Shown piece after piece: positions 25,110 through 36,216 of a stretch of DNA of 64,000 nt. The DNA is from Takakia lepidozioides. Lineage: Eukaryota; Plantae; Bryophyta. Where the stretch lies: contig CM060734.1 of NCBI GenBank assembly GCA_030704615.1, positions 43,028,001-43,092,000 of the forward strand, read 5' to 3'. A model generated the notes under the pieces. It was not told where the DNA came from. It did no database searches and worked only from the letters and a program-made list of their open reading frames with translations. The position numbers were made by a program, and so were the translations under genes. How positions within the stretch are numbered: the first letter of the stretch is position 1; each line of letters begins with the position of its first letter.

Positions 25110-25911
25110 CTGGTATCGCATGTAACAAAAATAAAAATGGACATTGTCAACCGTATTTGGATGCGGGTGTTGATATTGTGTGCGAACGGAATTCATCCAT
25201 TTTGGCGTCTTTGTATTACCCAGCTAATAAAGCGCCGAAGAAAAAGAACATCCGTTGCATGCATTTGCGATATATGTCAGATGTACTTCGCCGCCTGCCA
25301 ATACATGGCGGCCTCCTTGCCTTCTTTCAAATTCGAATGTGCCGTAGAAATGTAGTGCTTTTTCAATTCCGAGCAGTTCTTCCAGATTCGCAATAATTGT
25401 TATGCTTCACATATGCATCCACGTGTGTTGTACTGCATGCCCTGTGGTTTTTTTTATGCCGTGACCGTCCCCATGGGGTCATTCGGTATAAAGGATTTTG
25501 TCGGATATGACCATGTGTTGCACACATTCGTGCGAGGTATCTCTTGGAGTGTCAGTGTTTGTTCTGTGCTATTCTGGCGCAACACAATCTCATTACAATC
25601 GGATCTTCCTGTTTACTGCTCTCCAGGGTTGTTGCCGTCATTTCATAATGGATGGTTTCATGTCATTTTCAGGGTTTGTTTTCCATCCAAAAACAGCACG
25701 GCTTCTTGTGGCTCTGGTCTTTCAAAACGGTTTTTCTGGTTGGTGGGAGGTGAAGGTGCACGTCATCCCTACATCCTTGGCATGCATCGCCGGCAGCCTT
25801 TGGTTTGGTGCTACCCTTGTTGACCTCAGTTTGCTGGTGGTATTTCCACTTTCGATAATTACGGGCTCTCAGTTCGGGGATTCCGTTCTGAATCGCCAGT
25901 TTCGTTCAGTG

Positions 25912-28900
25912 ATGGAAAACATGTCGAGGGAGCGAGATGCACTCGCTCGATTCCATTCCAATGCAGGTACTCTTCCACTGACTGCCACTGCAGACGACGA
26001 TGGGTATGCAGTTGTTCATGAGGATGAGCTGGTTACAGTGTTCCCGCTGGAGTTGGGTTCTCTGCTTGTTCAGAAAGAGGTGTATGACGATGATGGGAAT
26101 TTGGATTCTGGGCACTTGGAGAAACCCTTGGTTGGCGAGTGTGGAAGGAAGTGGAGAGTCCTTCCAGGAACATACCGTGTCCTTGGAAAAGAGAGAAGAC
26201 AATCAGCAGGACCAGTCGTTACCCCTGGCACTGCAGCATCGGTCGTGCAACAGAAGGGCACAGTTCCTGTGAAACAAGAGGTGAGCACATCCACTACCTT
26301 CGTGACTCTTTCGGACTCGTCCTCGGAGGATGTTTCTGAGATTCCTCCGCCAGTGCAAACTCCCTTATTGCATGATGACAAATTGCAAGAGATAACAAGT
26401 GTCATTCCAAAATTGAAAGCCCTCGCAGGTGTGCCTGGGTGCAAGAGCGAGCTACGTTTTGTTGATTGGGAGTCCCTTCCAGTGCAACGGGTTCAATACG
26501 TGCCAGCTCAGTTTGATGGGGACATCTTGTTTGAGCTCAACCCTCCCACGTCTTCCAGTGGACTGGCTGGGCTTCTGCAGGGCATGGACAAGAAACATGA
26601 CGGACATCCTTGGTGCAGGACAAAAACGTCGAACATCCATAACGACATTGGCTTGAAATTTCGGAGGTCGGTTTGCGTTGGGCATTGCAAGTGCCTGAAT
26701 ATTTCTTGCCCTCGGCTGAGAAACAGCGCTCAGCCAAACAAAAGTGAGTGGGAAGGTGTGCCCCTGAATCCTTTCACCCCAGGGCTTGCACCTCCCAAGA
26801 CCAATACTTTTGTGTGCAGGTTCTGCAAACTTTCCCCGTCCTGTGTTTCTGTTTGCCACGCTCGTATGTATCAGGTGGCACATCGATGCAAGACAATGAC
26901 TCGTGCCTGCATTCATATGGGTGCACACGAGCATCCTGTGTCCAAAGGGAGTTGCAGGGATAGCGTGGACATCGCTAGAAATCTACTGAAGCAAGAGTTC
27001 CACAATGCCCCTTGTGCAACACCTTCTGCTATAGCGCTTGCAGCTAGCAAGGCATTCCTGGAAAAACACATACTGGGTGAAGGGGATGCGACACAGCCAA
27101 TGCTGGATGCAGATTCCCTTGAGGCAGTCATGAACCATTTCTCCGTGTTGAGCTCTCCCAATATTCGAAACCAGGTGAATGCACTCAGAATGGGCACAGG
27201 CACTGCTGGATTCATGGACAACATTATGGACCTCAAACGGAGGAGTCGCTATGAATTCATTCAAAACAGTATGTTCCCTGGCCAGGGCTCGTCCAAAGTG
27301 TATTTGTTCAAGATGTCCGCTGTGGGCCAAGGCAGTGGTGTGAGCATTGTCCGCCGAATGCAACCTGGAGGAGATTTGGCTAAATGTTGGTTAATGTTTG
27401 ATCACTGCAAACGGGTGAAGGGTTGGACAACCATGGCGTGCCATGTGTATGATCCAGCGTACCAGCGTGTGCTCTCCATAGCAATTTGTGATATGCAGTC
27501 AGAGGACACTGAATCCCAGATGCTCATGTGGAATTCCCTCCTGGCCGTCATGCAGCGCAATGGAATACAGAACACAAATTTTGCGGGCTTCATGGCTGAT
27601 AGTGCACAGGCAAATTTCAATGCAGTGCGGCGCGTGTTTGGTTCGGGGGATCCTAGGGTCCCAATGGAAAATAGGGAGCGCACATGCCTCTTCCATTGGA
27701 GTCAATCTCTGGCACGTCATACAAAGCGCTGCATTCGCCCTGACCTTCAGTTGGAGCATAGAAGGCTCTGTCTGAAGTACAAGAATGCCACCTCAATGGG
27801 AGAAGCTGAGAGCACTTACCAGGCAATCCGGGCTTGGTGGTTCTCCTCTGGTGCTGCTACAGGTATCCACCTGAAGGAGTTGGAGGACTGGTTGGTTTTC
27901 TGGCACTTCAGGTACAGACAGTGGGGAGCTTTCATGACGACGGTAAGCCTCACAAGTTTTCCTTAAACACAAATTGCACTTTGCATCGTGCCTGTTCATT
28001 TGGGGTTGTTCGATTGTCACTTGAAGAACCTCTACCATTTCTTTTCCTTCCTCACATTTCCATGCAATGCCTCCTGCAGGACATGTCCTTGGAGGACTTG
28101 GCCGACATGCCATCGTGTAATTTGGCAGAGACTGTTCACAACGCCTGGATGCAACAGTCTACCAAAGCAGGTCGTGACTTGTATGTGGCCACTGCTGATG
28201 ACATGGTGCGGGCACTTACACAACAAACCAGGTACCGCAATTTTCTGATGGGACGGGGTGGAGGGAAGGGCCCCGATACAACTTTGTTGATGCTAAGGGC
28301 TGCGAGTAGGTCCGGAGACCCGTCAAAGATGGCCAGAGCTCTAAACAGGTGCACTGAAGGCTCCCCTCTGCAATCCAGGCTCCCCCATTTGGAAGGCGAG
28401 GAAAGATTTGGATCATGCAAAAGGAAATTAAACACTCTTCCAGGGTCAGATGGAGATTCCCATAGGCCAGACAGGGTCAATTTCTCTGTGCCAAAGGTGT
28501 CTCCAGTGCAGACTAAGTCCTGTGCCGGCTCCTTCCCAGGTGGGTCCTCCTCCTGTGGAGCAGGTGCAGAACATGCAAGCATAGCAGCGGAAATCCCATT
28601 GGAGGAGGTGGTGGCCATGGTGCAGGAATCTGATTGCATTGATAGTGACTGGCATATAGAACGCACCCCACCGGGATCTAGAGTGGCTTGCATGGCAATT
28701 CGGACCCCCTCATTCAAGAAATGCAAATCAAAAATATGCAAAGGCTCCAGGGGGACTCCAGCTCCAACATTCACAGGGTTGTTCCGACCTTACCATAGTG
28801 GGGAGTCAAAAGAGCACAAGTTTTGGTTCTGCCCAGACGATATGGCACGATGCGTGAAGGGAACAGTTCGTCCTTCCGTGATAATGAAGCCCCCTCCCCC

Positions 28901-29492
28901 CGCAATTTGGCCTGTGAAAATTGGGACATCGCTGTCCTCAACCGAGATAAGCATGCTGGAGGAGGGAGGGTTTTGTCTTGCACGGTCCCGGGTGGTGCCC
29001 TTATGCACTGTCGGCACAGATGTGCCACATGCTCCGACAATGCCTCCACCCGGTGCCGACTCCCACCCAACAAAAAGAGATGGAAAAACAGTGCGCCGTG
29101 TTGCTTCGGGTGCAGATCACGAATGCAAGATGGAATCGGCTAGAATTTTGCAGGCTAGGGTGACTCGTATCACCGAAGTCCCTTCCCCGGGGTATGGACG
29201 GATTTACACAGTGCTGTCAATTGGCTCAGTTCTTCATGCCAAAGAATATCAGGTTACCATCGGGAATTTCCCATCGTGCACTTGTCCGGATTTTGTAACA
29301 ATGCGTGAGGGCGCTCTCGGCATGAGAGGGAAGTGGGTCCCCTGCAAGCATCAATATTACATATACCTTGTAATTATGTGTTGCGACGGTAAGAGAGACC
29401 AATTCATTCACCAAGCCACACTAGGCTACGGAGAAGTCATCACCCTTCTGCAGCGGGACACCTCGCGTAGAACTCCGCCAACTTCTCTTTGA
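25912..29492 (+). CDS. Mutator-like (MULE) DDE transposase with GCM-like Zn domain and C-terminal SWIM finger; exons 25912-27942 and 28080-29492, ~1,147 aa
   Basis: Catalytic pattern WLMFDH (D1), FMADSAQANFNAVRRVF (D2), CLFHW (the MULE CxxH), CNLAETVHN (E). SWIM CTCPDF-x15-CKH. GCM-like DGHPW..SVCVGHCKC..CP..CRFC..C.AR..HMGAHEHP. Phase-0 intron ACG|GTAAGC...CTGCAG|GAC. Confidence 0.9.
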
Positions 29493-31157
29493 ACACATAC
29501 GAGCCATGCCCGCTTCCCATGCTGGTTTCCAGGTTGCCGTGTGAAGACTTTTCATTTTATGACAAACATATACATTTCGTTCACGGAACCAGGGCAAATG
29601 CACTTGCGATTCATTGTAAGCGTCTCTCTGTGAATTGAAATAAACTGTGTCAATCATTCTGAGCTCAAATCTGCCATATTTACATATTCCTCTTTTTTGG
29701 CACGCATTGCAGACATGGTGCATGGTGGCCTCCTTTGTTTTGTCCACGGTAATAGGCCCTCTTCCTGCAATCCTCGCCTATAGGACCTGCTTCTCCAGCA
29801 GATTCATGCCGCTCACGCTTCCCTGAAGCGTGAGCTCAGCTCACGCTTCAAAGCTTCAACGTGAGCTCAGCTCCCAGGCTCACGGGGCTGGGCTCACGCC
29901 GTAGCTACGCTGCTCAAGAATGACATGTATCTGGTTTATTGCTGCAGAGCACGGATAAGGTCATCGGCCGTAGCTGCACACAAATCTCTTCCCTTTTTGC
30001 CGGATTGCTGCAAACATGCATTGTGCACTGTCTCCGCTAGATTGCAAGAAGGCATGTCTGCCATCTCCTCAATGGACATATGCTGCAAGGCAAAAAAACA
30101 CAAAGCCAATATTAGGATGGGACCCTGAAAGATATATCCGAAGCACCCAAAAGAAGGTGAATGCAAACCGCTCAAAGGCGTCATCGGAGTTTGAGTCTGA
30201 AAGCTCAACTACAGTGTTAACGGTACTTGACTCCTTCTTGACAACCACGGGTGTTTTCTCCTGGGCCACTGATGCTGCCGTGCCAGGAGTAAGGAACAAT
30301 CCTGCAGACTGTCTCCGAGGAGCACTGAGCACCCTGTATCTGCCTGGAGTCACTCTCCTGTGTATGGTTGGTGCAGTATGTGAAGGTTTCTGGAACGCGT
30401 ACTTGACCAGTTTTCCATTGGCATCGTACACTTCCCTTTCAAGGAATAGAGTTCCATTTTCCAACCGAAACTGCGTTGCGAGCACGTGTTCATGCACCAC
30501 CGCAAAACCGTCATCTTCCACCTCGTAAGAAAATGACACAGGGTGGTCCTCACTGAAGAAGTCCGCGTCAAGGGAGCCCATGGCCTGGGAGGCCATCTGT
30601 CAATGTTGCTTCAAAATGCAGAGTTTACAGTCCGACGTTGATTCTGATCGCAGGTTGTACTAGAGCGGAGTTTTTTGGCTGTATAGAAGACGTCCTCACA
30701 CACAATTGCAGGTGTTGCTCCCGCTTGTTGGTCTTCTAACGCGGTTCGGCACATCATAGAAATGTGTCCCATGCGAACCAAGTGGATGGTCACAGAGTGC
30801 CCAAATGCGGAGTGGATAATGTCAGCCCTAATCAAAGAATCCAATTGTTTTCTCACAGGTGCCCCACCAGTGCATTGGACAACCAATTCAGCAAGATTGA
30901 CCGACAGAGCCGCCATTTGGCTGTCATGTCAGAGAGACCGGATGAGATGCCCATTTCCATTCAATTTTAATGGCACCTGCACCGCTGTACAACTGTACAT
31001 ACTTCACATTCCTCTTAAACATCCCAAAAGCTATTACTCAACAATGAACGTTTTCGGATGAGAGGTGGACACGAATGAATTTTGGTGGATGAGAAAAAAA
31101 TGATTTCCGGAGATATTCATAACTGTTAGATGGACACGTGTTCACCATGCATGTGGA

Positions 31158-34100
31158 ATGAGCATGTGGCGCACTGGTCGTTCTGAGCGAACATCTCGGA
31201 GTGGAAGGCCTTGCGGTGAACCTCCCGTAGCCCCCTTTTTTCCTTCTTCTCCTTATTGTCTTTGCAACCCTGGATTCTGCAGAGACGGTGACCCCATCCC
31301 GAGGGAGAAGAAAACGTCGAAGAACACTTTATTTCACATCAAACAAGCAAAGGGCACGCGCTAAGGAGAGGATGAGGAAGACGAGACGGGAACTTAGAAT
31401 GGGAGAAGAAACCTCCGGCGGAGATGAGGACGAAGGGCAAAACCTGATTCTGCAACCACAGGTTGGAGAGGAAGGTCTTGAAGTGAACCCGGAGGCAAAC
31501 GAAGAGCAACCTCCAATAGAAGGGGGGGAGGACGAGGAAGACAGCTGGGCTCGGGAGGAAGCACTGCGAGTGGAGAACCAGGTCTTGAGAGAGCAGGGAG
31601 GAGAGATGGACACGGAAACGCTGCCGTCTGCCGTTGTTTCGCACCACCGGGACCTCCTTGGAAGCATGCTGCCTCTAGACCTCATGGAAAAGTTGAATGC
31701 CTCAAGAGCGTCATCAAGCGTAAAGAAGAAACCGGAGGTGACTATCAACCCTCTTTTTCCCTTTTTTGTTTTTGTCTGTTCCATGCTAAACAGAGAAGTC
31801 GACATCAACCTTGCGTCAACGCAAGGTTGATGTCGACCTCCAAAGTGTATGTTCTGGGCATGAAACGAGTGCAGATGCTGCACTCGAATCAACCTTGCGT
31901 TAATGCGAGGTTGATTCGTGTGCCTTTTCTGTTCATTCCCACCTCTCGTATCCGCTTGGCAGCCATGGAAATGTTGAATGCTCCCGATGCATCATCAATT
32001 GCCAAGAAGAAACCATAGGTTGCAATCTCTTTTCCATTTAATTTTTTGTTTGTTGAACACCAATCTGAGAGGTAGACATCAACCTTGCGTCAACGCAAGG
32101 TTGATGTCGACCTCCAAAGTGTATGTTTATGAAGGTGAAATGAAGCAGATGCAGCACTCGAATCAACCTTGCTTTGATGCAAGGCTGATTTTGATGCTTT
32201 TTCTGTTCACTCCCAGCATCCAAAGTCCCGTACCAGGAACCGCAAGGTAGAGAAAATCGCTTATCTGAAGCCCCCAAAAGAACCCTACGTCAACGCAAAG
32301 CATTTAGTGGGTTCAATGGACTGTTCCTGTATGCATTTCAGACTAAGCTACATTCCCATCAATCAACCTTGCATCAACGCAAGGTTGATCCATGGGAGCT
32401 CAATCTATCACTCACAGGGATATTCATTCTCTCCAGAGGAAAAGAAAAAGGAAATCCGTGGGGGAGATGCGGCAGTGGCAGAAGGTGATGGTGAGGAAGA
32501 GTCATTTGAGGGACACTATGAAGACAAGGCTGAGGAGGTTATGGGTGGGCAGAAAGTGAACTCCTCGAAGGTGATTCTGTCGATGGAGGTTCCCGGCGGA
32601 AACCTGGTTATCCCACTATGCAGGATGATCTCCATGCCAGTAGTTCGACCCGCATTGAGGAACGACATCACGAAGTTGAAGAACAATTTTGTTCACGGCT
32701 ATGTCAAGGGATTTGCAGTGTTCTATGTATCCACTGTGAACACGAAAGGAGAGGAGTGTCTTGTAACATAGGACATAGAGCAAAGTTGGGATGCATGCTG
32801 GTGGGATGTAAACAGAGAGTTCGAGTTCAAGCTGTCCAAAAAAACCTCCACAAAAGCGTTTATGGGAAAGATGTTTTTTGGTCTGGGATAGGAACCATAG
32901 ATTGCTTGCCTGGATGGATTACATTTCAAGCTTGCACTCGGACGAGATCGAATGGCACTGGCGCGTGGTTTCCATGGTACTCGACCACAAAGGACGTGTC
33001 ACGCAGCTCTTGACAGCCATGCACGACATAAACAAGTAAGTTACCAACATTGTTCCCGTTCTGATCTGCGTTTGCACAATTAGAAATCATCTTATGAGTT
33101 GAAGGTTTTTCCAGGTCCAATGAAACCTCCCATGTGACGACCAATCTCTGCCACACTCTATTCCGTATCCAGAAGATAGGGCTGATGCCACTAGAGTCAT
33201 TCACGAATGTGCTCAGTCCTTAGCAGATGAAGAGGTGTGCTGAAAAGAAGACAAGCACATGGTACAGCCTGACAAGGGAGGCTTTTCTTGACTACATATA
33301 CACGGAAAGCTTCTTGACATCTGTTTGATTGTTGTTACTGTAAATTTTATCAAGAAATGCCAGTGTTTGATTCTTTCTCCCTGTAATGTATGCAATAAGA
33401 AATAGTAGAAACTGGTTTGAAGGCGAAAGCAAAGTACTATGCTTCCCACACAAAAGAGCAGAGATCTGCAACTGGGCTTGAGGACATTATGAAATTCGAG
33501 ATGAACAATCAAAGGAAGAACCTCATGAGTGCGTTCGACAAACAATCCGCATAGCAGATCCAAGTCTTGGCACGGAATTTCTGAAGTAGGTGAAAGCACA
33601 TTATGACAAGTATGGCTCCAAGCCAGAAATGACCCAAGAGAAACTGCATCGCCTTTCCATTTCATGGTGGACAATGCAACCAAAATCAGGTGGTTGGAGA
33701 TCTGGAACTCCGATCCACTTGTGAGAGACACCAACATGTTCCCATCTCCTGAGAGGGACTCAAAGACACAAGCAATAAAAGTTAATAGCGACCACACATT
33801 CGACCAGTGGCTACACAAAGCAACCTTATGGAGCCAGGTAAGGTTTCCACAAAACCATTTTCAAATGCTTGTGCTGCTCCGTACTCTCTCCCAAATTCTT
33901 ATGATCTTTCTTGCTGCAGTTGGAAAAACGAGCGGTGGCTGCACTTGGGGAGTCAATGGCAGACTACAAAATCCAGATGGCTTGCCCCCGGATCACACTG
34001 GAGGCCTATATCAGGAGATGGAAGCTCGCTGTCTGGAACAACTGTTTCTTCAGGGAGTTTGAGAGAGACAAAGGAATCTCCAGGTCCTACGAATTCAAAA

Positions 34101-35767
34101 ACCAGTACAACAACGAGCAAACAATGAAACGAGTGTTGTACAGGTGTGACCTCCAAGAAACAAATCTGGCACTTGAAGTGTATGTTTCTGTATTCTTGTG
34201 TCATTTTTTCCATGTGGAATTGCGAATTTGAAGGTTTTGAGGGAGCTCTCAGGGCTCTGGACGTGCAGCCGAGCAACATTGCGTTAACATTGTGTATCCC
34301 GTTGTTTTGGTTTCACTTTCCTTTAAGGGGTATCCAGTGATGTCGTTTTTCTGCATGTGAAAGGACAAAAACTAACAGGCAAATCAACCTTGCGTCAACG
34401 CAAGGTTGATGAAGGGCCAGGCTATGTAGGTTTTCCTGTGTTCTTGGGCTATTGTTTGCTGTCGTTTCCAGTTCCAATGCTGCCAGGATGAACATAAAGT
34501 CTGTTTGGAGTTTGTTTGAAATGTTGTTTAGAGCTTACACTGTACCAACAAACAGCCTTCCGTTGACGCAACGTTGTTTGACGGTATGGATTGCTAGAAA
34601 TGTCTCGCAGAAATACCCCGATTTCCATATTTCCATTGTAGGAAAGTTAAGGTTATCGAATACCATGGACAGGTGTTTCAGTAGAGGAATTCAACCTTGC
34701 GTCACCGCAAGGTTGAATATCCATACCAGCAGATCTTCGGATGGTTGTTTTCAAGCACTGTTTTTCATTTCCCCTGTTAATGAAAACAACCTTGCGTTGA
34801 CGCAATGTTGAATTCCGTTTGTCAATCACTGTCTCTTTCAATGCTACATTATCATAGGTGTATCCGCCAATCTACTTTGCTTCCTGGTATTGCTGAGTTC
34901 GAGTTGAGGGACCTTGCAGCTCACATTGACCCCACCTGCGAGCCCGTGGAGGATGATGTAATCTTCAATTACGTGGACTCGGGTCGAACTACGAAAAGGT
35001 CGATTGGTGTCCCTTGGAGAGGTGCACGGGAGAAATCCCCAGCTTTCATGCAGACTTTGGTGGAGACATGCAGCCGTCACGGTGGACGAGTGGTTGACTT
35101 GTCTATGGAAACAAGTGGGGCCCTGAACACTGCGTTTGAAGCAGTGAACTTAGGGAAACCCTGTTTTGATTTCTCGTTCATCTTCGATTTGCAGGAGCAT
35201 CTTTTCATGCGTGCAAAAGCGCCGGAAGGCACTTCTTCGGCATGGAGGCTGATATGGAGCTCTTCTCAAGCGAGCTTCATCAGCTTGAGTCGGGCACTAC
35301 TTCTACCCCATCCACGGAGGGCCTTCTTGAGGAGCCCGAAGCGCCTGACGAGGATCTCGACGTGGACTCCGATTTTGAGTGTGAGTAAGTTCGGCTCTAG
35401 TCGTGCAAAATATGTTGCATTTCCTTGTGTCATTCCCGTTCGACAGATGGTTGCTTACATTGTCTATTTCTGGATGATAACATCTACCACCATTCCTCTT
35501 CTTGCTTTCCAGAGTTCGGCACCAGTCATCGAATCAGCAGACACCTTTCGGTTTCCAATGATACTACATGTCCCCGAGTCCCCCTAGAGCTTACCGCTTG
35601 CCGGTTTACGCGGAAGCTTGCGCACGGGTGTTGTCCCAACAAACAATGTATTCGCCTCTCCATGGGGGTCGCGGAAAAAAAAACGTCGCGGATGGGCTGC
35701 TGTGTTCATAGATGATATTGCTGCAGACTCTAGAAGTGGTTCCTCTGAAACCTCCAGTAGTTCTTGA
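31158..35767 (+). pseudogene. Element A ParB-methyltransferase gene, disrupted (frameshift and stops; ~1.5-kb deletion at ~34878 removes MTase motifs IV-VIII)
   Basis: Homologous exons: RRKRRRTLYFTS, GGQKVNS..IPLCRMISMPVVRP, WLEIWNSDPLVRDTNMFP, VPWRGAREKSPAFMQTLVETCSRHGGRVVDLSM. The region matching D 60385-61890 is absent. Confidence 0.85.
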
Positions 35768-36216
35768 GGTTCGAGTACCGAGACTTAATAAAATGTGCTT
35801 TGGTTTTGCTTCTATCCCCAAACTGTTTTTCAAGTTCTTCGCGCGTTCCCGTAAGTACAGTTAGGGATTGCCTGGGGTAGGTCTTCAGTTTCCGGCATTG
35901 AAAAATGTTTGTGGGTTGGAATGAATGAACTACTTTGCAAAAAAAAGGGTTTGCTGTTAATATTCAATTCTCTAGCGGGCGATCTCCTCATTCAAAAATC
36001 ATGTCCTCAATCCTAAACCATCCACAAACCTACCATTGTTCTCAGCTGGAAAGAATATTCATGTGGGGGCGATGAAGAGGGAACAAAAAATAAGGACATG
36101 GGCGACAACCGATCCGCGGTAATGGGGGGGGGGGGGAGCACGGAATTAGGTCCTGCACACATGGATGCTTGTTGACGTGGCGTGAGCCTAGCCAGGCTCA
36201 CGCGCAAGCATTCCCC

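Larger units (their letters stand above)
16518..29912 (+). mobile_element. Element B: 13.4-kb apparently intact Mutator-like transposon with two divergent genes and an intronic palindrome array
   Basis: 9-bp TSD CTCAAGAAT (16509-16517 and 29913-29921). The empty site GGCCACCCCTCAAGAATGACCTG is visible in paralog C at ~51424-51446. Termini GGGGGGTGCTATTCCGTGAGCC and (reverse complement) CAGCGTAGCTACGGCGTGAGCC, with clustered CGTGAGC subterminal repeats. Confidence 0.95.
15297..30596 (-). pseudogene. Element A transposase, disrupted: pieces 30596-29913 and 16517-15297, split by element B, with a ~1.5-kb core deletion at ~30174 and a frameshift near 16000
   Basis: Contains PSCNLAETVHNA, PHLEGEERFGSCKRKLD and the SWIM motif CTCPDF..CKH. 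Comparison with copy C (about 51694-53207) shows the GCM-like and DDE core missing. Confidence 0.88.
14677..36216 (-). mobile_element. Element A: Mutator-like DNA transposon (transposase plus ParB-methyltransferase family), internally deleted, containing nested element B
   Basis: 9-bp TSD GATGGGGGA at 14668-14676 and 36217-36225 inside the LINE RT. Termini CAACGACGCTACCGCGTGAGCC and (reverse complement) GGGGAATGCTTGCGCGTGAGCC. Colinear with copies C and D. Confidence 0.92.

Noticed and set aside
24749-25396. Ser-rich ORF 24749-25396 (+) and similar antisense ORFs (31329-31892, 54357-54863, 28136-28774)
   Set aside because: Shadow frames opposite Glu-rich or transposase exons, with no independent motifs.
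25498-25911. N-terminal extension of the transposase given by the ORF track
   Set aside because: It starts at a non-ATG codon and has no similarity to A or C; homology starts just after the ATG at 25912.
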